Below are positions 13,399-24,757 of a DNA stretch of 64,000 nucleotides, piece after piece. The DNA lies in contig JALQUC010000011.1 of NCBI GenBank assembly GCA_023268615.1, positions 3,040 to 67,039 on the forward strand. Reading direction: 5' to 3'. Within the stretch, counting starts at the first letter, position 1, and each line of letters starts with the position of its first letter. Below the pieces are notes generated by a model. The model was not told the DNA's origin and made no database searches. It saw nothing but the letters and a program-made list of their open reading frames with translations. The DNA comes from Candidatus Altimarinota bacterium. Lineage in GTDB: Bacteria > Patescibacteriota > Gracilibacteria > BD1-5 > JAGOOR01. Both the position numbers and the translations under genes were made by a program.

Positions 13399-16377
13399 CT
13401 ATGTTTTTGTTTGAGGAGTATCTGCTGCCGGTGTTTCTGCTGTGTCTTCTGGTACCGGCATTTCTGCAGCATCTTCTGGCACACTCTCTCCGGTGATACC
13501 GAGTCGTGCCTCGATTTCCATATCGACATATTGTTTCTTGCGGCCGTACATCTTTCGAGAATATTCCTTGATGATTTGAGCTGCACGATCATTGCGATAA
13601 TAGTTGTCCCAGATGGTCTTGATATCAAATGGTCTGGTAGAAGCATTATCGATATTGAGCTTACAATAAGTGGTATAGTTTGCGATACCGATGATGTCCT
13701 GCTGAGAGAGAGTAGGGGCGTATTCTTTTTCGAGATACTCTGCATCCTCAGCACCGACCTTAAATGACATAATGGTTCCCACATTTCCGAAGACGGCTTC
13801 TTTGATACTCGGCTTACCTGTACTCTTGTATTTCTCACCTGATCCTCCTATCTGAGCGATGAACTGGTGAGCCATGATGAGCGCGAGTCTGTATTTACGA
13901 GCTTCTGAGAGTATTTCTCAGAATGTATCTGTCGCAAAATTCTGAAACTCATCGACATAGAAGAAGAAATCTTTTCTGTCCTTTTCTGCGACATCAGCAC
14001 GACTCATGGCTGCGAGATTGACCTTTGAGACAAAGACGAGACCGAGAAGCTGAGCATTGAGGTCACCGATTTTACCCTTTGAGAGATTGACGAGGAGACA
14101 GCGCTGATTGTCCATGATCTCTCGGATATTAAATGCTGATTTTGGCTGACCGATGATATTACGAATCGTTGTATTGGTGATAAATGGTCCAAATTTCGCA
14201 GAAAAGTACGGGATCATCTCCTGTTTTTCTCGGTCACCAGTTTGTGCGTATTCATGATCCCAGAATGCTTTGACGACAGGATTTTTTATCTTACTCATCT
14301 TGTATTTGAGGAATGATTCATCGACGAATAATCGTGGCACATCTATGAGCGTCCCGCCGTCTTCTTCATCATCCATGAGTGTGAGAGCACCATTACGGAA
14401 ATAGTGCTGGATACGAGGTCCAAATATCTCATCACCAAATATCTTGATAAATATAGAAGTAGCATCGAGAGAGGCACGGTCTTTTTCGAGTGCACGCAGG
14501 TCTGGGTCAGTCGAGATGACCTCGAGCATATTGAGACCCATAGGCCGCTCGTAATCCGAAGGATCAAATATCACCATATCACGAGCGCGGTCTTTTGGGG
14601 TAAAAGCGAGGATATCCTCGATGAGGTCACCGTGTGGATCGATGACTCCGAGACCTTCACCATTCCAGAGATCTTGGCGGGCGAGATATCCGATGAGGAC
14701 GGATTTACCTCCTCATGATTTACCGATGATATAGTGATGACGGCCGCGATCTTTTTTCTCGAAATAGATAGGCTGTTTCTTGTTTCTGTATTCATTCCAC
14801 CCGAGCAGTACTGATTCCTTGTATACAGGGAATCCTCCGAGCATTCTCTCCTTTTCTTCTGATTTTGGGAGCTTGCCTTCATCAATTGGCTGACCTCGTT
14901 TGTCACCGTCTGTTTGGAGTGGTATTTCTACACCCTCAGCTGTGAGGAACCCGTCATTGGCTCCGCGTGCGATGTTGCCGTATTTGTCAGTCTTGAGACG
15001 AGTACCATCTTCTGTGACGATGTATTCGCCATCACGGACATAGTCGACCATCAGGAGCTTTTCTTTTGGAGTTTTGAGATTGGATGGAGGAGCTACCTTC
15101 TTGTACCCGAGCCAGTAGATGATAGGGGATTTGTTATAGTTTACATCAGGGAAGTGGTAGAGTGTGGTGAGTTCATCGACACTATAGGGGCTCATACGAG
15201 TGACAAATCCTGCGAGCTTGAATTGAAATGCCATCTTGTGTAGGAATCGTATCAATGGTCGAAACATACCCTCGAGAATCTGATTATTATCGAGATTGTT
15301 GCAGTATTCGTTCGTATAGACACTTGTGGACGCGAGCATACTGTCGATACCATTTTGAGCGGCTTCGTCTGAATCGCTGCCTACGAGCACGAGCATACTG
15401 GCTTCAAATGCATTTTGAGCCGCATTCTCACCCACCATCTTTTGTGCTTCTTGTTCTGCTTGATTAAATATCTTGTAAGAGTCACCACCAGATGCACCCA
15501 TAGGATTCTCATCTGGTTTGTTTTGGACGAAATTGGTGACTATCCATCCGAGAGGAGCGAGGAGTTTGCCCACGAGTCACCACGAGAGAAGCCATGAGCC
15601 ACCACGATTGTATTTGCCTTTACTGTATTCTGAGGCGACTTTTTTTGCCTTCTTATTATATCTATGGGAGAGTGGTTTTGCGACGACCTGGAATACCGCG
15701 ACATCAGTCTGTTTGAGCCCACCAAATACATTGGTAAAAGTCGTGAGCGGATCTTCTTCGAAATATTTGTAGGTCTTGATAGGGAAGTATCGGTCCTGAT
15801 CCTTGCGAAAGCTCGTCGTACGAACGACAGAATGCTGGTCCTGAAATGTGATATAGTCTTTCTTGTCTCGGATGACGACCTCTGCGTCGGGATAGATCGA
15901 GGTAATAGTCTGATTGATAGTCGGGAACAGATCACGATAGGTGACGATAAAGAAAAATACTTGCCCTTCTTTATAGATAATCTCGTAGGAGAACTTGATA
16001 TGATTGAATATCGCATTCAGAACAGTGTATTTGAGTGAAGTGCTCGGTACTTTCCAGATAGAATTATGCACGAGACTCATGATGCCGGCCTTTTCCTTGA
16101 AGTCTTTCTTCGTCTCATGTTCTTTATCCAGTTTTGAATCAGAACGAGGGACAGATACCTGGATATACACGAGGTATCGTGCGAGCCAGAGCTCGAGGAG
16201 GAGTCGTACTATCCAGCGAATGACGAAAAATGCGACAATCGCACCGATGATGAGGAGAAGTATCTCCATGCCAGACATACCAGAAGATGCAGTATTGACC
16301 ACTTCTTGAACCGGTGTCATATTTGGGAGTACTTCTGTTGGTTTTTGTATGAAAATGCTTTGTGCCATATCTTGCAT
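13399..16377 (-). CDS. type IV secretion coupling-protein-like ATPase (VirD4/TraG/TraD, HerA-FtsK superfamily)
   Basis: 992 aa from four track ORFs in one frame, joined at TGA 15577, 14713 and 13918. N-terminal TM segment, Walker A IIGKS-G(TGA)-GGKS, Walker B FFYVDEFQNF, and SEARKYRLALIMAHQFIAQI. Confidence 0.7.
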
Positions 16378-16569
16378 ATATAATACGCGAGAACACCCTT
16401 GTCTGCAAATACTTTTTGGCATAAAACTCACACAATCTTTACACAAAACTGAAAAAATCAGTATAATAGACCTGTTTAGTGTTAATCGTTGTTCGTAAAT
16501 CGTTGAGTTTCAAAAGTCTCAACAATAAACTATTAACCATTAACTATAAACAAATTTGTTCCTTTACAT

Positions 16570-17002
16570 GGGGGTGACCGGCTTCTATCGGCGCCTTGTG
16601 GAATCATCTTTGCTTTTCGCACGATGTCTGTATCGGGCGTTATCACCAAAACAGACAAAATCTAAGTGCTAAAACACTTTCTTTCGGAGGTCTCGCTCGC
16701 GTAAAAGCGGCATTCTCTCCAGCTGTCTACGCCTAGTGCGATTCAGTAGTCACTTTCCTTCGGGACGACAGAGCAATTGCTCGTGATAACCTCAAACACG
16801 GTGCAGAGGAGGCTCGTTTGTTGTAATAAATTCTCCTTTCGTTATTTTAGGGCTGATAGGCCGCTATCATATCGTATCTTGTCTATCACCGAAGTGTCTT
16901 TTTCGTTTGGCTTACCCGACACTTCGTATTAAGCCAAACTATAAAAGTAGACGGGATGGTACACTCGCTGAGACATGGGTTCGATTCCCATCACCTCCAC
17001 CA
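16570..17002 (+). ncRNA. ssrA: tmRNA (SsrA)
   Basis: 5' GGGGGTGACCGG pairs with 3' ..CACCTCC-A-CCA, giving the G3:U70 wobble. tRNA-like T-arm GGGTTCGATTCCC. Candidate tag ORF 16668-16736 (AKTLSFGGLARVKAAFSPAVYA, TAG stop). Confidence 0.9.
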
Positions 17003-17029
17003 TTTTAGATAATTTAGAGTTAATTTTAT

Positions 17030-18334
17030 ATGCGTATAACCAGAGCTTCATTTATTTCTGCCCCTTTTACTGTTTGCCCAAAATGTCATCAAGAAACTTT
17101 CGGACTTTTGGTAATTTGAAATAGTGATAATGCTTACACTAAAGAATGTACTAATTGCTGGCACAAAGAAAATTTCCCACTACCAAAAATCAAAAAACAT
17201 ATCGTATATTTGGATCAATTTGTTTTTGATGGAATGGTAAAATCTCTCGATAAAAATAATCCTAAAAATGAGAAAGTACTGAGAGAAAATCCCTACTGGC
17301 TTGAGCTATTTAAGAAACTAGATATTGCCCATAAAGCTCAGTTGATAGTTTGCCCTGATAGTTTTTTTCACCAGGAAGAGTCTTCATATTCTAACTATTT
17401 TCCATCCTTAAAAACAATATATGAGCACTTTTCAGACGGTATCACCTTCTATCAACATGAGGCCATATGTCAGCAACAAATTTTTGAACATTTTAAGAAC
17501 TATCTTGAAGGCAAGTCCGAGATAGAACCTTCAACAGAGCCAGAAGATATCGTCTCTTGAAATCAACTCCATCGATGGAACGCTCCACTCCGTATCTCAG
17601 TAGGTTATGATATGCCCGAAGATATTATAGCTCAAAGTAAGCAAGAAAAAGCCGCGGGTTACGATGATTTTATATCTATCTGTCAAAGATGGAAAAAAGA
17701 ACAGGGTCGGACTATAGATGAGTGGTACCGAGAAGAAGTTACAGGATATGCCAAGTCTGTATATCAGTGAATTTTGCAAAAGCAGAAGAGGCTGATTGAT
17801 ATTTGAAATGGTCTTGCTGAGCTGACACTGGATGATGCATTTCCAACATCTTGAGAGCAGCTAATCAGGGGTATGCTGTCAGTAGCTACAAATTACGGCA
17901 TGAATGATAGTCTAGAAATATATAATTGTATCAAGACCTATTTATTCTCAACACAGCTCGATTATATACCTGCTGTTCGGATTAAGGCGCTATTATTTGC
18001 AGGACTTGCAAATCTAGAAGCGCAAGGCAGAAAAAAACCTGTATCCGAGGGCGTTTTTACTGATGTAAATATGGTCTCTAGTCTTTTGCCCTATTGTGAT
18101 GCTATATTTGTAGATAAAGAAAATCAGAGTATTTTGGAACATGGCCATATTTCACATCGGTTAGGGGTAAAAACAAAAATATTCTCTTTGAGAAACAAGG
18201 AGGATTTTCTAACCTATTTGGATGAGCTGATTTCATCAATCACACCTGTACATAGAAAATTTTTAGAAAATTACTATGGTAACAAATGGGATACACCATA
18301 TCTGAGCATACTTAATTCAGATAAACGGAAATAA
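17030..18334 (+). CDS. hypothetical protein with N-terminal zinc ribbon
   Basis: 434 aa with 5 TGA, AT-rich. CPKCH-x24-CTNCWH ribbon, then HIVYLDQFVFDGM and C-terminal LLPYCDAIFVDKE segments. No family recognised. Confidence 0.65.
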
Positions 18335-18368
18335 CTGCCCTTTTCTTCAATTATTAAAATTCACTAGT

Positions 18369-18869
18369 ATGCCCCAGCTCGAATTCCCAAATCTCTCGCA
18401 CAAACAATCCTACCTCGATATGATTTCTGAGTGGAGGAGTTTTGAGGTGCCGACGAGTCCAGGGAAACTTTTTGCTGGTGAGACTTTTGAGGAGTTTCTC
18501 GCAACAGTCACAAAAGATGTAATAGCCAACCCTGATGGTGTGAATTCTCATCTTTTTTTCTTCGTAGAAGATGAGAGGATTCTCTGAGCGATTCAGATTC
18601 GACATTCGATAGATCACCCGAGACTTATCGAAGTAGGAGGACATATCGGGTATGGTGTTCGACCAAGTGAACGAGGGAAATGATATGCGACTGAGATGCT
18701 ACGCCAGGCCCTCCTCGAAGCCAAAAAATTGTGACTCGAAAAAGTCCTCATTACTTGCCTCGACGAGAATATTGCTTCTGCAAAAGTAATTGAAAACAAC
18801 GGAGGAGTGTTTGAGAGATATGCTTATCGTGATGAAGTGAAATATAGGAGGTACTGGATTTCGTGGTAG
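18369..18869 (+). CDS. GNAT family N-acetyltransferase (COG3981-like)
   Basis: 166 aa with 3 TGA. Motifs IRHSIDHPRLIEVGGHIGYGVRPSERGKG(TGA)YATEML and ITCLDENIASAKVIENNGG. Confidence 0.8.
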
Positions 18870-18918
18870 CCCGATATAAAATTGACATAATAATTTATAT
18901 ATTATTATATATTTTATT

Positions 18919-20112
18919 ATGATTCCAAAGATTACAGAAATTATACCAGAAGAGAAGTATATTGAGACTTCTCTTCATGGTCTTGTGAAGCGTCTATCTC
19001 AGCCCGATCATGAGCCGACAGAACAAGAGGTAGCCAATCTTGTCATCAAGTATTTCTGGAGTTATTGTGATCCGAGTCAGAGGCCTGCATCTCTTTCAGA
19101 GATAACCTCGTTGATGCATATCTATGAATACTACTTTGCTCATCTCAGATTTATGGTAATGGGCGCAAAGTTTGATTTTTCTCAACTCCCAGAATTTATA
19201 TTTCCTATTTTTGCTTTTGCAAAAGACCACGGATATCCTGTTAGCATGCTCGGAGATGTCAGTTCGACGACAGCCTTGGTCCGATCTCTCATTATGCATA
19301 ATCTCGATGATAACCGAGGACAGAAAAGTTTTCATGGGCTGGATATATGATCTGGAACATGAATACTTGCTCTAGCTCAGTATATTCTTGCAAAGAGGAA
19401 ATGATTCAGGGATGTTCATATTGATTGATTAGAACAAAATGTACCTGTTGCTCGTCATTCTCGAAATGTTCTTCGTCATATTATTCAGGGAAATGTTTTT
19501 GATGTGCATGGGGTTGATGCCACACGGAGCCACTCTTATAAGAAAATATCTCATAAACCAGATTTTGTAAGTGTAGAAATGCTCCCACAACCTGGTAGTC
19601 ATTTGGTTTTCGAGGCACGAGATGAGTCTGGTAAAACCAAGCATCATGATCCATTTTTACCAACAGTTCGGACACTTGTAGAGAAATATTCACGATGAGT
19701 CCAATTCCATATTTTTCCTTTTTCCCTCCGTGCTCACATAACTTCTGAGAGCGGAGAATCATGATTTTGTAATCTGCCCATGCTATGAGGGAGAAGTGTA
19801 TTTGAATTATGTTCTGTTGATTTTCATGAGGCTATGAAGCTGTTTCCTCATATATCTATTTATGGAGCACAATTGACTCCTTCATCTGATATGGTAAATC
19901 TGGATGATGTAGGTGCTCATATGCACAGAACTCCTGATAATCCAGATGGTTGGATCAAATTTTCCTCTCTTTGGATTCATCGCTGGAAAAAAATGATACA
20001 GCATAATCCTAGATATAATAATGACCTCTCTATGTATCATGTAGTTCCCAAAGAAGAAAGAGAAAGAACTATTATGCCCATACTCAATTGGTCAGATACT
20101 GTCACTCCCTAG
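18919..20112 (+). CDS. class I SAM-dependent methyltransferase with unassigned N- and C-terminal regions
   Basis: 397 aa; track ORFs 18919, 19504 and 19834 share one frame. Motif I reads GLDI-G-SGT-G-ILAL with both flagged Gly encoded by TGA. Confidence 0.7.
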
Positions 20113-21545
20113 AAGCTTCAAATGATCCTTTCCATCCTCTCACAGAATTCTTCTAAATCTGCGAGATGGATATGTTCACGAGTTGTGTGCATGTCATGGC
20201 AAGTGGCTCCGATGGAGATCCACTCAGTGTCTGGATATTTCTCTGCGAGGGTGCCGACTTCGACGGTTGCGTGTGTCGTCACAGCGGGGATTTTTTTACC
20301 ATTGACGGATTCTATAGCAGTCAGGATTTTTTCTACAAAAGGGGAGTCTGTATCGGCGAGATAGACAGGGGTTTCATGGCTAAGCTCAAAGTTGATTTCG
20401 TTAATCCCGTTTCACTCGTTAATCCCGTTAAATGAGGAGAGTATTTTTTGTTTCATTGGCTCTATACCTCACGGGATATTTGTACGGATGAAGTAGCACC
20501 ATTGGAGTGTACCATCTACGAGCTTCATCTTGCCGAGATTCCATGAGGAGAGAGCGATGTTATCATCTCACCAGATCTCTACGCCTGAGTCGAGCGAGAC
20601 AAATGTATGGAGGATATGCTTTTCATGAAAATCTCCATCATGCTCTGTTTCTTCGATGGTTATTTCGACTTTTGTATTGTCTGTTCGTGTTTGGATTTCG
20701 AGCGTTTTTTCTCGTGCCCATTTATGGAGCTCGTCTCGGTCTCCTCGGAAGAGGATTTTTGCGTGTGCACTTCGGGGGATAGCATTATCAGCATCACCTC
20801 CGAGGATCTCTCCTACACCCTCGATATCCTCTCGTTCTGTGAGGATTTTTGCCAGCTCGATGAGTGCATTGCCTCGATTTTCGACTATTTCTACCCCCGA
20901 GTGTCCTCATCGCATGCCTGCTATTTTTATTGAATAAGTTTCTCCATTATTCATTCGTCATTTGTCATTCGTCATTTGGAATGAGCCTTCCATAAGCAGT
21001 GTTCCTCCACAGCCTATGCCAATACTTGTACTGTCAGACCAGTCGAGATTTATGCCATAAGGGGCGGTGATAGGGAGTGTGATATAGTGTGCTCATACGA
21101 GTCAGACTTCTTCGCCCATCGTGAAGAGGAGCTCGAGATCTGGCCTCTCTGTCATCTCTGCTACTGCCATCATGAGGGCTACCCCGATACCATTATCCGC
21201 TCCGAGTGTCGTCCCATTTCCTTTCCAGATTCCATTTTCTTCAATAACCGTCACACCTTCAGTCTCCCAATCATGCGGTTCTCTGGACACGCAGACCATG
21301 TCCATGTGACTCTGTAAACATAATTTGGACAAGTTTTGAGTTTTGAGTTTTGAGTTTTGAGTCGTTGCTTGAATCAGTAAATTGCCGATAGCATCTTCCT
21401 TATACTCCCAATTATGGGATTTTGCCCATGATATGAGCCATTGTCTGACCTTTTCCTCTTGGTGGGATTTTCGGGGGATCCGAGACAATTCTTTGAAATA
21501 TGTTAGTGTCTTGTCGAATACGCTCATAGGCTTGATTTTATTCAT
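20109..21545 (-). CDS. pepD: aminoacyl-histidine dipeptidase (PepD, M20 family)
   Basis: 478 aa with 7 TGA. Motifs LQSHMDMV, GTTLGADNGIGVA, FTMGEEVG, GMRGGHSG, DADNAIPRS and GATCHDMHTTREHI. Contains three short tandem-repeat patches. Confidence 0.85.
20400..20429 (+). repeat. two copies of GTTAATCCCGTT at 18-nt spacing inside pepD
   Basis: Minus-strand AACGGGATTAAC x2 encodes NGINEGNGINE. Confidence 0.85.
20951..20978 (+). repeat. (TCATTCGTCATTTG)x2 tandem duplication inside pepD
   Basis: Two perfect 14-nt units. Encodes ..QMTNDKGRMN... Confidence 0.85.
21333..21360 (+). repeat. (GTTTTGA)x4 heptanucleotide repeat inside pepD
   Basis: Four perfect units. Encodes ..TQNSKLKTQNL.. on the minus strand. 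Confidence 0.9.
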
Positions 21546-21618
21546 ACTTTCTGAGTTGCAAGCATCAATACTTGCTCGAAGAGAAAATTCTGTATAATCT
21601 CAGGACAAAAATACTATT

Positions 21619-22536
21619 ATGATTCGACGCATTTTCCTCTTTATACTGACCAACATCGCGATTATCGTGATGGGAACTATCATTCTGGGGCTTCTCCAGA
21701 CTGTTTTTGGTATTGATATTATTGGGACACTGCATAGTTCGTGGCTGTCTCTGGCTATTTTTGCTCTTATTTATGGTTTCTTTGGGTCATTTATCTCTCT
21801 CTGGTCTTCGAGATGGATGGCAAAGAGATTCTATCATATAGAGCCTATCACACTCGAAAATCTCGCATCAGCGAGCCCAGGCGAGAAATTGGTCTACAAA
21901 ACAGTCGAACATATCGCTCAGAAAAATGGTATCTCTATGCCAGAAGTTGGCGTCTATGAATCACCTGAGGTCAATGCATTTGCAACTGGCGCTACTCGTA
22001 ATAGTTCTCTCGTAGCTGTATCGAGCTGACTCATTGCTCAGATGAATCCAGACGAAGTTGAGGGTGTCGTCGCACACGAAATGGCACATATCATGAATGG
22101 TGATATGGTGACTATGACCCTCCTTCAGGGCGTCATCAATGCATTTGTCATCTTCCTCTCTCGAGCTCTCGCTCAGGTCATCTCTATGGCTATCCGCCGA
22201 GATGATTCTTCTTCAAACTGATTCGTCTATTTCGGTATCACTATTCTCCTCGAGATCCTCCTCGGAATACTGGGCTCACTCGTCGTCATGGCGTACTCTC
22301 GTCGTCGTGAGTTTGCTGCTGATGAGGGAAGTGCGTCATTTGTTGGTAAGTCCAAGATGGTCAATGCTCTCCGTGCTCTTCAGAGAATTCATGAAGAGAA
22401 TACAGCTATACCTGGAAATCCAAAACTCGCTGCTCTCAAAATCGATGGAAAATCAAATGGTTTCCTCCACCTCTTCGCGAGTCATCCACCACTCGAAGCG
22501 CGTATCCAGAATCTCATTAATTCACCAATTCTCTAA
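21619..22536 (+). CDS. htpX: zinc metalloprotease HtpX (M48)
   Basis: 305 aa with 2 TGA, TM helices, HEMAH motif and [11 protein letters not shown]. Confidence 0.9.
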
Positions 22537-22544
22537 TTCTTCCC

Positions 22545-23405
22545 ATGGGCTTCATTCTTTTTTACAATTTATTGTGGTTAGAGCTCTTCCTCATCTTCGC
22601 TGGAGTGGCATATATATTCTTCCATACAGGTCATGGACTCTGGTCCAAGGTCGGTAGCTGGCGTGAATTTCAGATGTTTCGTGAAAAAGAGAGAACTCGT
22701 ATCCGACGCCGACACACTATCGAGCAGAAAAAAGTCGATTCTCAGACTCGTCGAGATGATGTCTCACTCAATGGTATCAAGAAAAAAATATCAGCAAAGG
22801 ACAAGCTCGCTCTCCAGGCGATATTTAAATCTGTCCAAGCAAAACTCGTCGTGCGTGAATACGAAGAAGCTCGTTCTGAGATCATCACTGGTCTCATGAT
22901 AGACCGTCACAATGAAGACCTCAATATCCTCCTCGCGCAGCTCTATGAGATGGAGCAGGACTATGAAAAAGCCGAAATCCTCTTCCGCGATATCATCCTC
23001 CACCACGATCCAAAAAAAGCAGATGCCTATATCTACCTCGGAAATAATCTCATCCATCAGGGCAAGGATACTCTCGCGTATGATATATTTAAAAAAGGTC
23101 TCGAAAAAGAACCTCGTAATGTCCAGCTCCTCGAGACTCTCTCTGAGCTCGCATATGAGCTTCATGAGTACGAAGAATCTCTCATTTATTCTCGACAACT
23201 CACAGAGACACAGCCAAAAAATATACGAGGATTTGAGATTCTGGGACTTTCTCATCTCCAGGTCGGTTCTGATCAAAAGGCGTACGATACATTCCTCACT
23301 CTTCGCAAGCTCGAGCCCTATAATGAAGTGGTCCATGTCTGGCTCCCAAAAGTAGAAGAAAAACTCGGTGTCCATCCTGACTCAAAGCGTCTCTCTAGTC
23401 GATAA
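22545..23405 (+). CDS. TPR-repeat membrane-anchored protein
   Basis: Uninterrupted 286-aa ORF with an N-terminal TM helix and TPR-like repeats (YEKAEILFRDII.., AYDIFKKGLEKEP..). Confidence 0.7.
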   Translation: MGFILFYNLLWLELFLIFAGVAYIFFHTGHGLWSKVGSWREFQMFREKERTRIRRRHTIEQKKVDSQTRRDDVSLNGIKKKISAKDKLALQAIFKSVQAKLVVREYEEARSEIITGLMIDRHNEDLNILLAQLYEMEQDYEKAEILFRDIILHHDPKKADAYIYLGNNLIHQGKDTLAYDIFKKGLEKEPRNVQLLETLSELAYELHEYEESLIYSRQLTETQPKNIRGFEILGLSHLQVGSDQKAYDTFLTLRKLEPYNEVVHVWLPKVEEKLGVHPDSKRLSSR

Positions 23406-23413
23406 TTTTTCCT

Positions 23414-24757
23414 ATGTCAGCAAAGATACCTCCCTCATCTCTGGAATCAGAACGCAGCCTCTTGGGGGCTCTTCTCATAGACAAAGAAGGGGTAATCCGA
23501 GTCGCAGATATTGTCGCTGCTGATGATTTCTATGATGAGAATCATGGGACTATTTATTCAGTCATTCTCGAGCTCTATCGCAAGAATCGTCCTATTGATA
23601 TCGTCACAGTTTCTGAGACTCTGACAAATCTCGGACAGCTCGATGCTGTCGGCTGAAATGTGTATCTCGCTGACCTCACTATCGCTGTGCCGACGAGTGC
23701 TCATGTATTTGAATACGCACAAATCGTCAAAGCAAAATCAGTCCTCCGAAAGCTCATCAATACTGGTAATCTCATTGCCTCGTTTGGTTTTGATGAAGCG
23801 ACTGAGATAAATACCCTTCTCGAAAAATCAGAGCAGTCACTCTTCAAAATCACACAAACATTTATCAAAAATAAGCTCACACATATCCGAGATATTCTCG
23901 ATATGCGGTATGAGGAATATGCCGGTATTCATGAGGATCCAAAACAAATAGAGCATTCTCGTATCATGACTGGTTTCCGCAATCTCGATAGCAAACTCCA
24001 ATGACTTCGTGGAGGTGATCTCGTCATCCTCGCGGCTCGTCCATCAATGGGTAAGACCGCGATGGCTCTCAATATCTCTCAAAGTGTTTCAAAAAAGAAA
24101 AATGTGGCTGTTTTTTCTCTCGAAATGAGTAAAGAACAACTCACTGATCGTATGGTCTGTGCTGCGATGGGTATTGATTCATGGAAACTCCAAAAAGGTG
24201 AGCTCACTGATGATGAATTTGCACGCATCGGTGATGCCCTCTCTGAGCTCTCGACTTCGCACATCTATATCGATGATTCTGCCAGCATGACACTCCTGGA
24301 AATCAAATCAAAATGTCGTCGTCTCAAAATAGAGTCAGGTCTCGATATGGTCATGATTGACTACCTCCAGCTCATTCAGGGAACCAATCCTATGAATCGT
24401 GTTCAGGAAATATCAGATATATCTCGCTGACTCAAATCTCTCGCTCGTGAACTCAATATCCCTATTATCGCCCTCTCTCAGCTCTCTCGAGCAGTTGAGA
24501 GTCGTGCCAGCAAGGAGCCAATTCTCTCTGACCTCCGTGAATCGGGTTCTATCGAGCAGGATGCAGATATCGTCCTCATGATCTACCGTGAAGAGTATTA
24601 CAATAATGCAGAAATGCAGGAAAGTGACATGAACAAAGGAAAAACAACCATATTTATCCGCAAGAATCGAAATGGTCCTGTCGGTAATGCTGAATTTATA
24701 TTTGACGGTAAATTCATGAAATTTCGCGAGATTGATGCGACGCGTGTGGGATTCTAG
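23414..24757 (+). CDS. dnaB: replicative DNA helicase DnaB
   Basis: 447 aa with 3 TGA. Motifs [40 protein letters not shown] and [16 protein letters not shown]. Confidence 0.92.

Noticed and set aside
12879-13838. 319-aa track ORF spanning the end of the ATPase gene
   Set aside because: Its first ~147 residues overlap, out of frame, the well-supported C-terminus of the VirD4-like ATPase. Only the part from ATG 13397 (MQKFFQYL..) was kept, and it was extended downstream across TGA.
17003-20200. A direct repeat of the tmRNA 3' end (attR) or an integrase marking a classical ssrA island
   Set aside because: I could not find either by eye. The island interpretation therefore rests only on position and composition.
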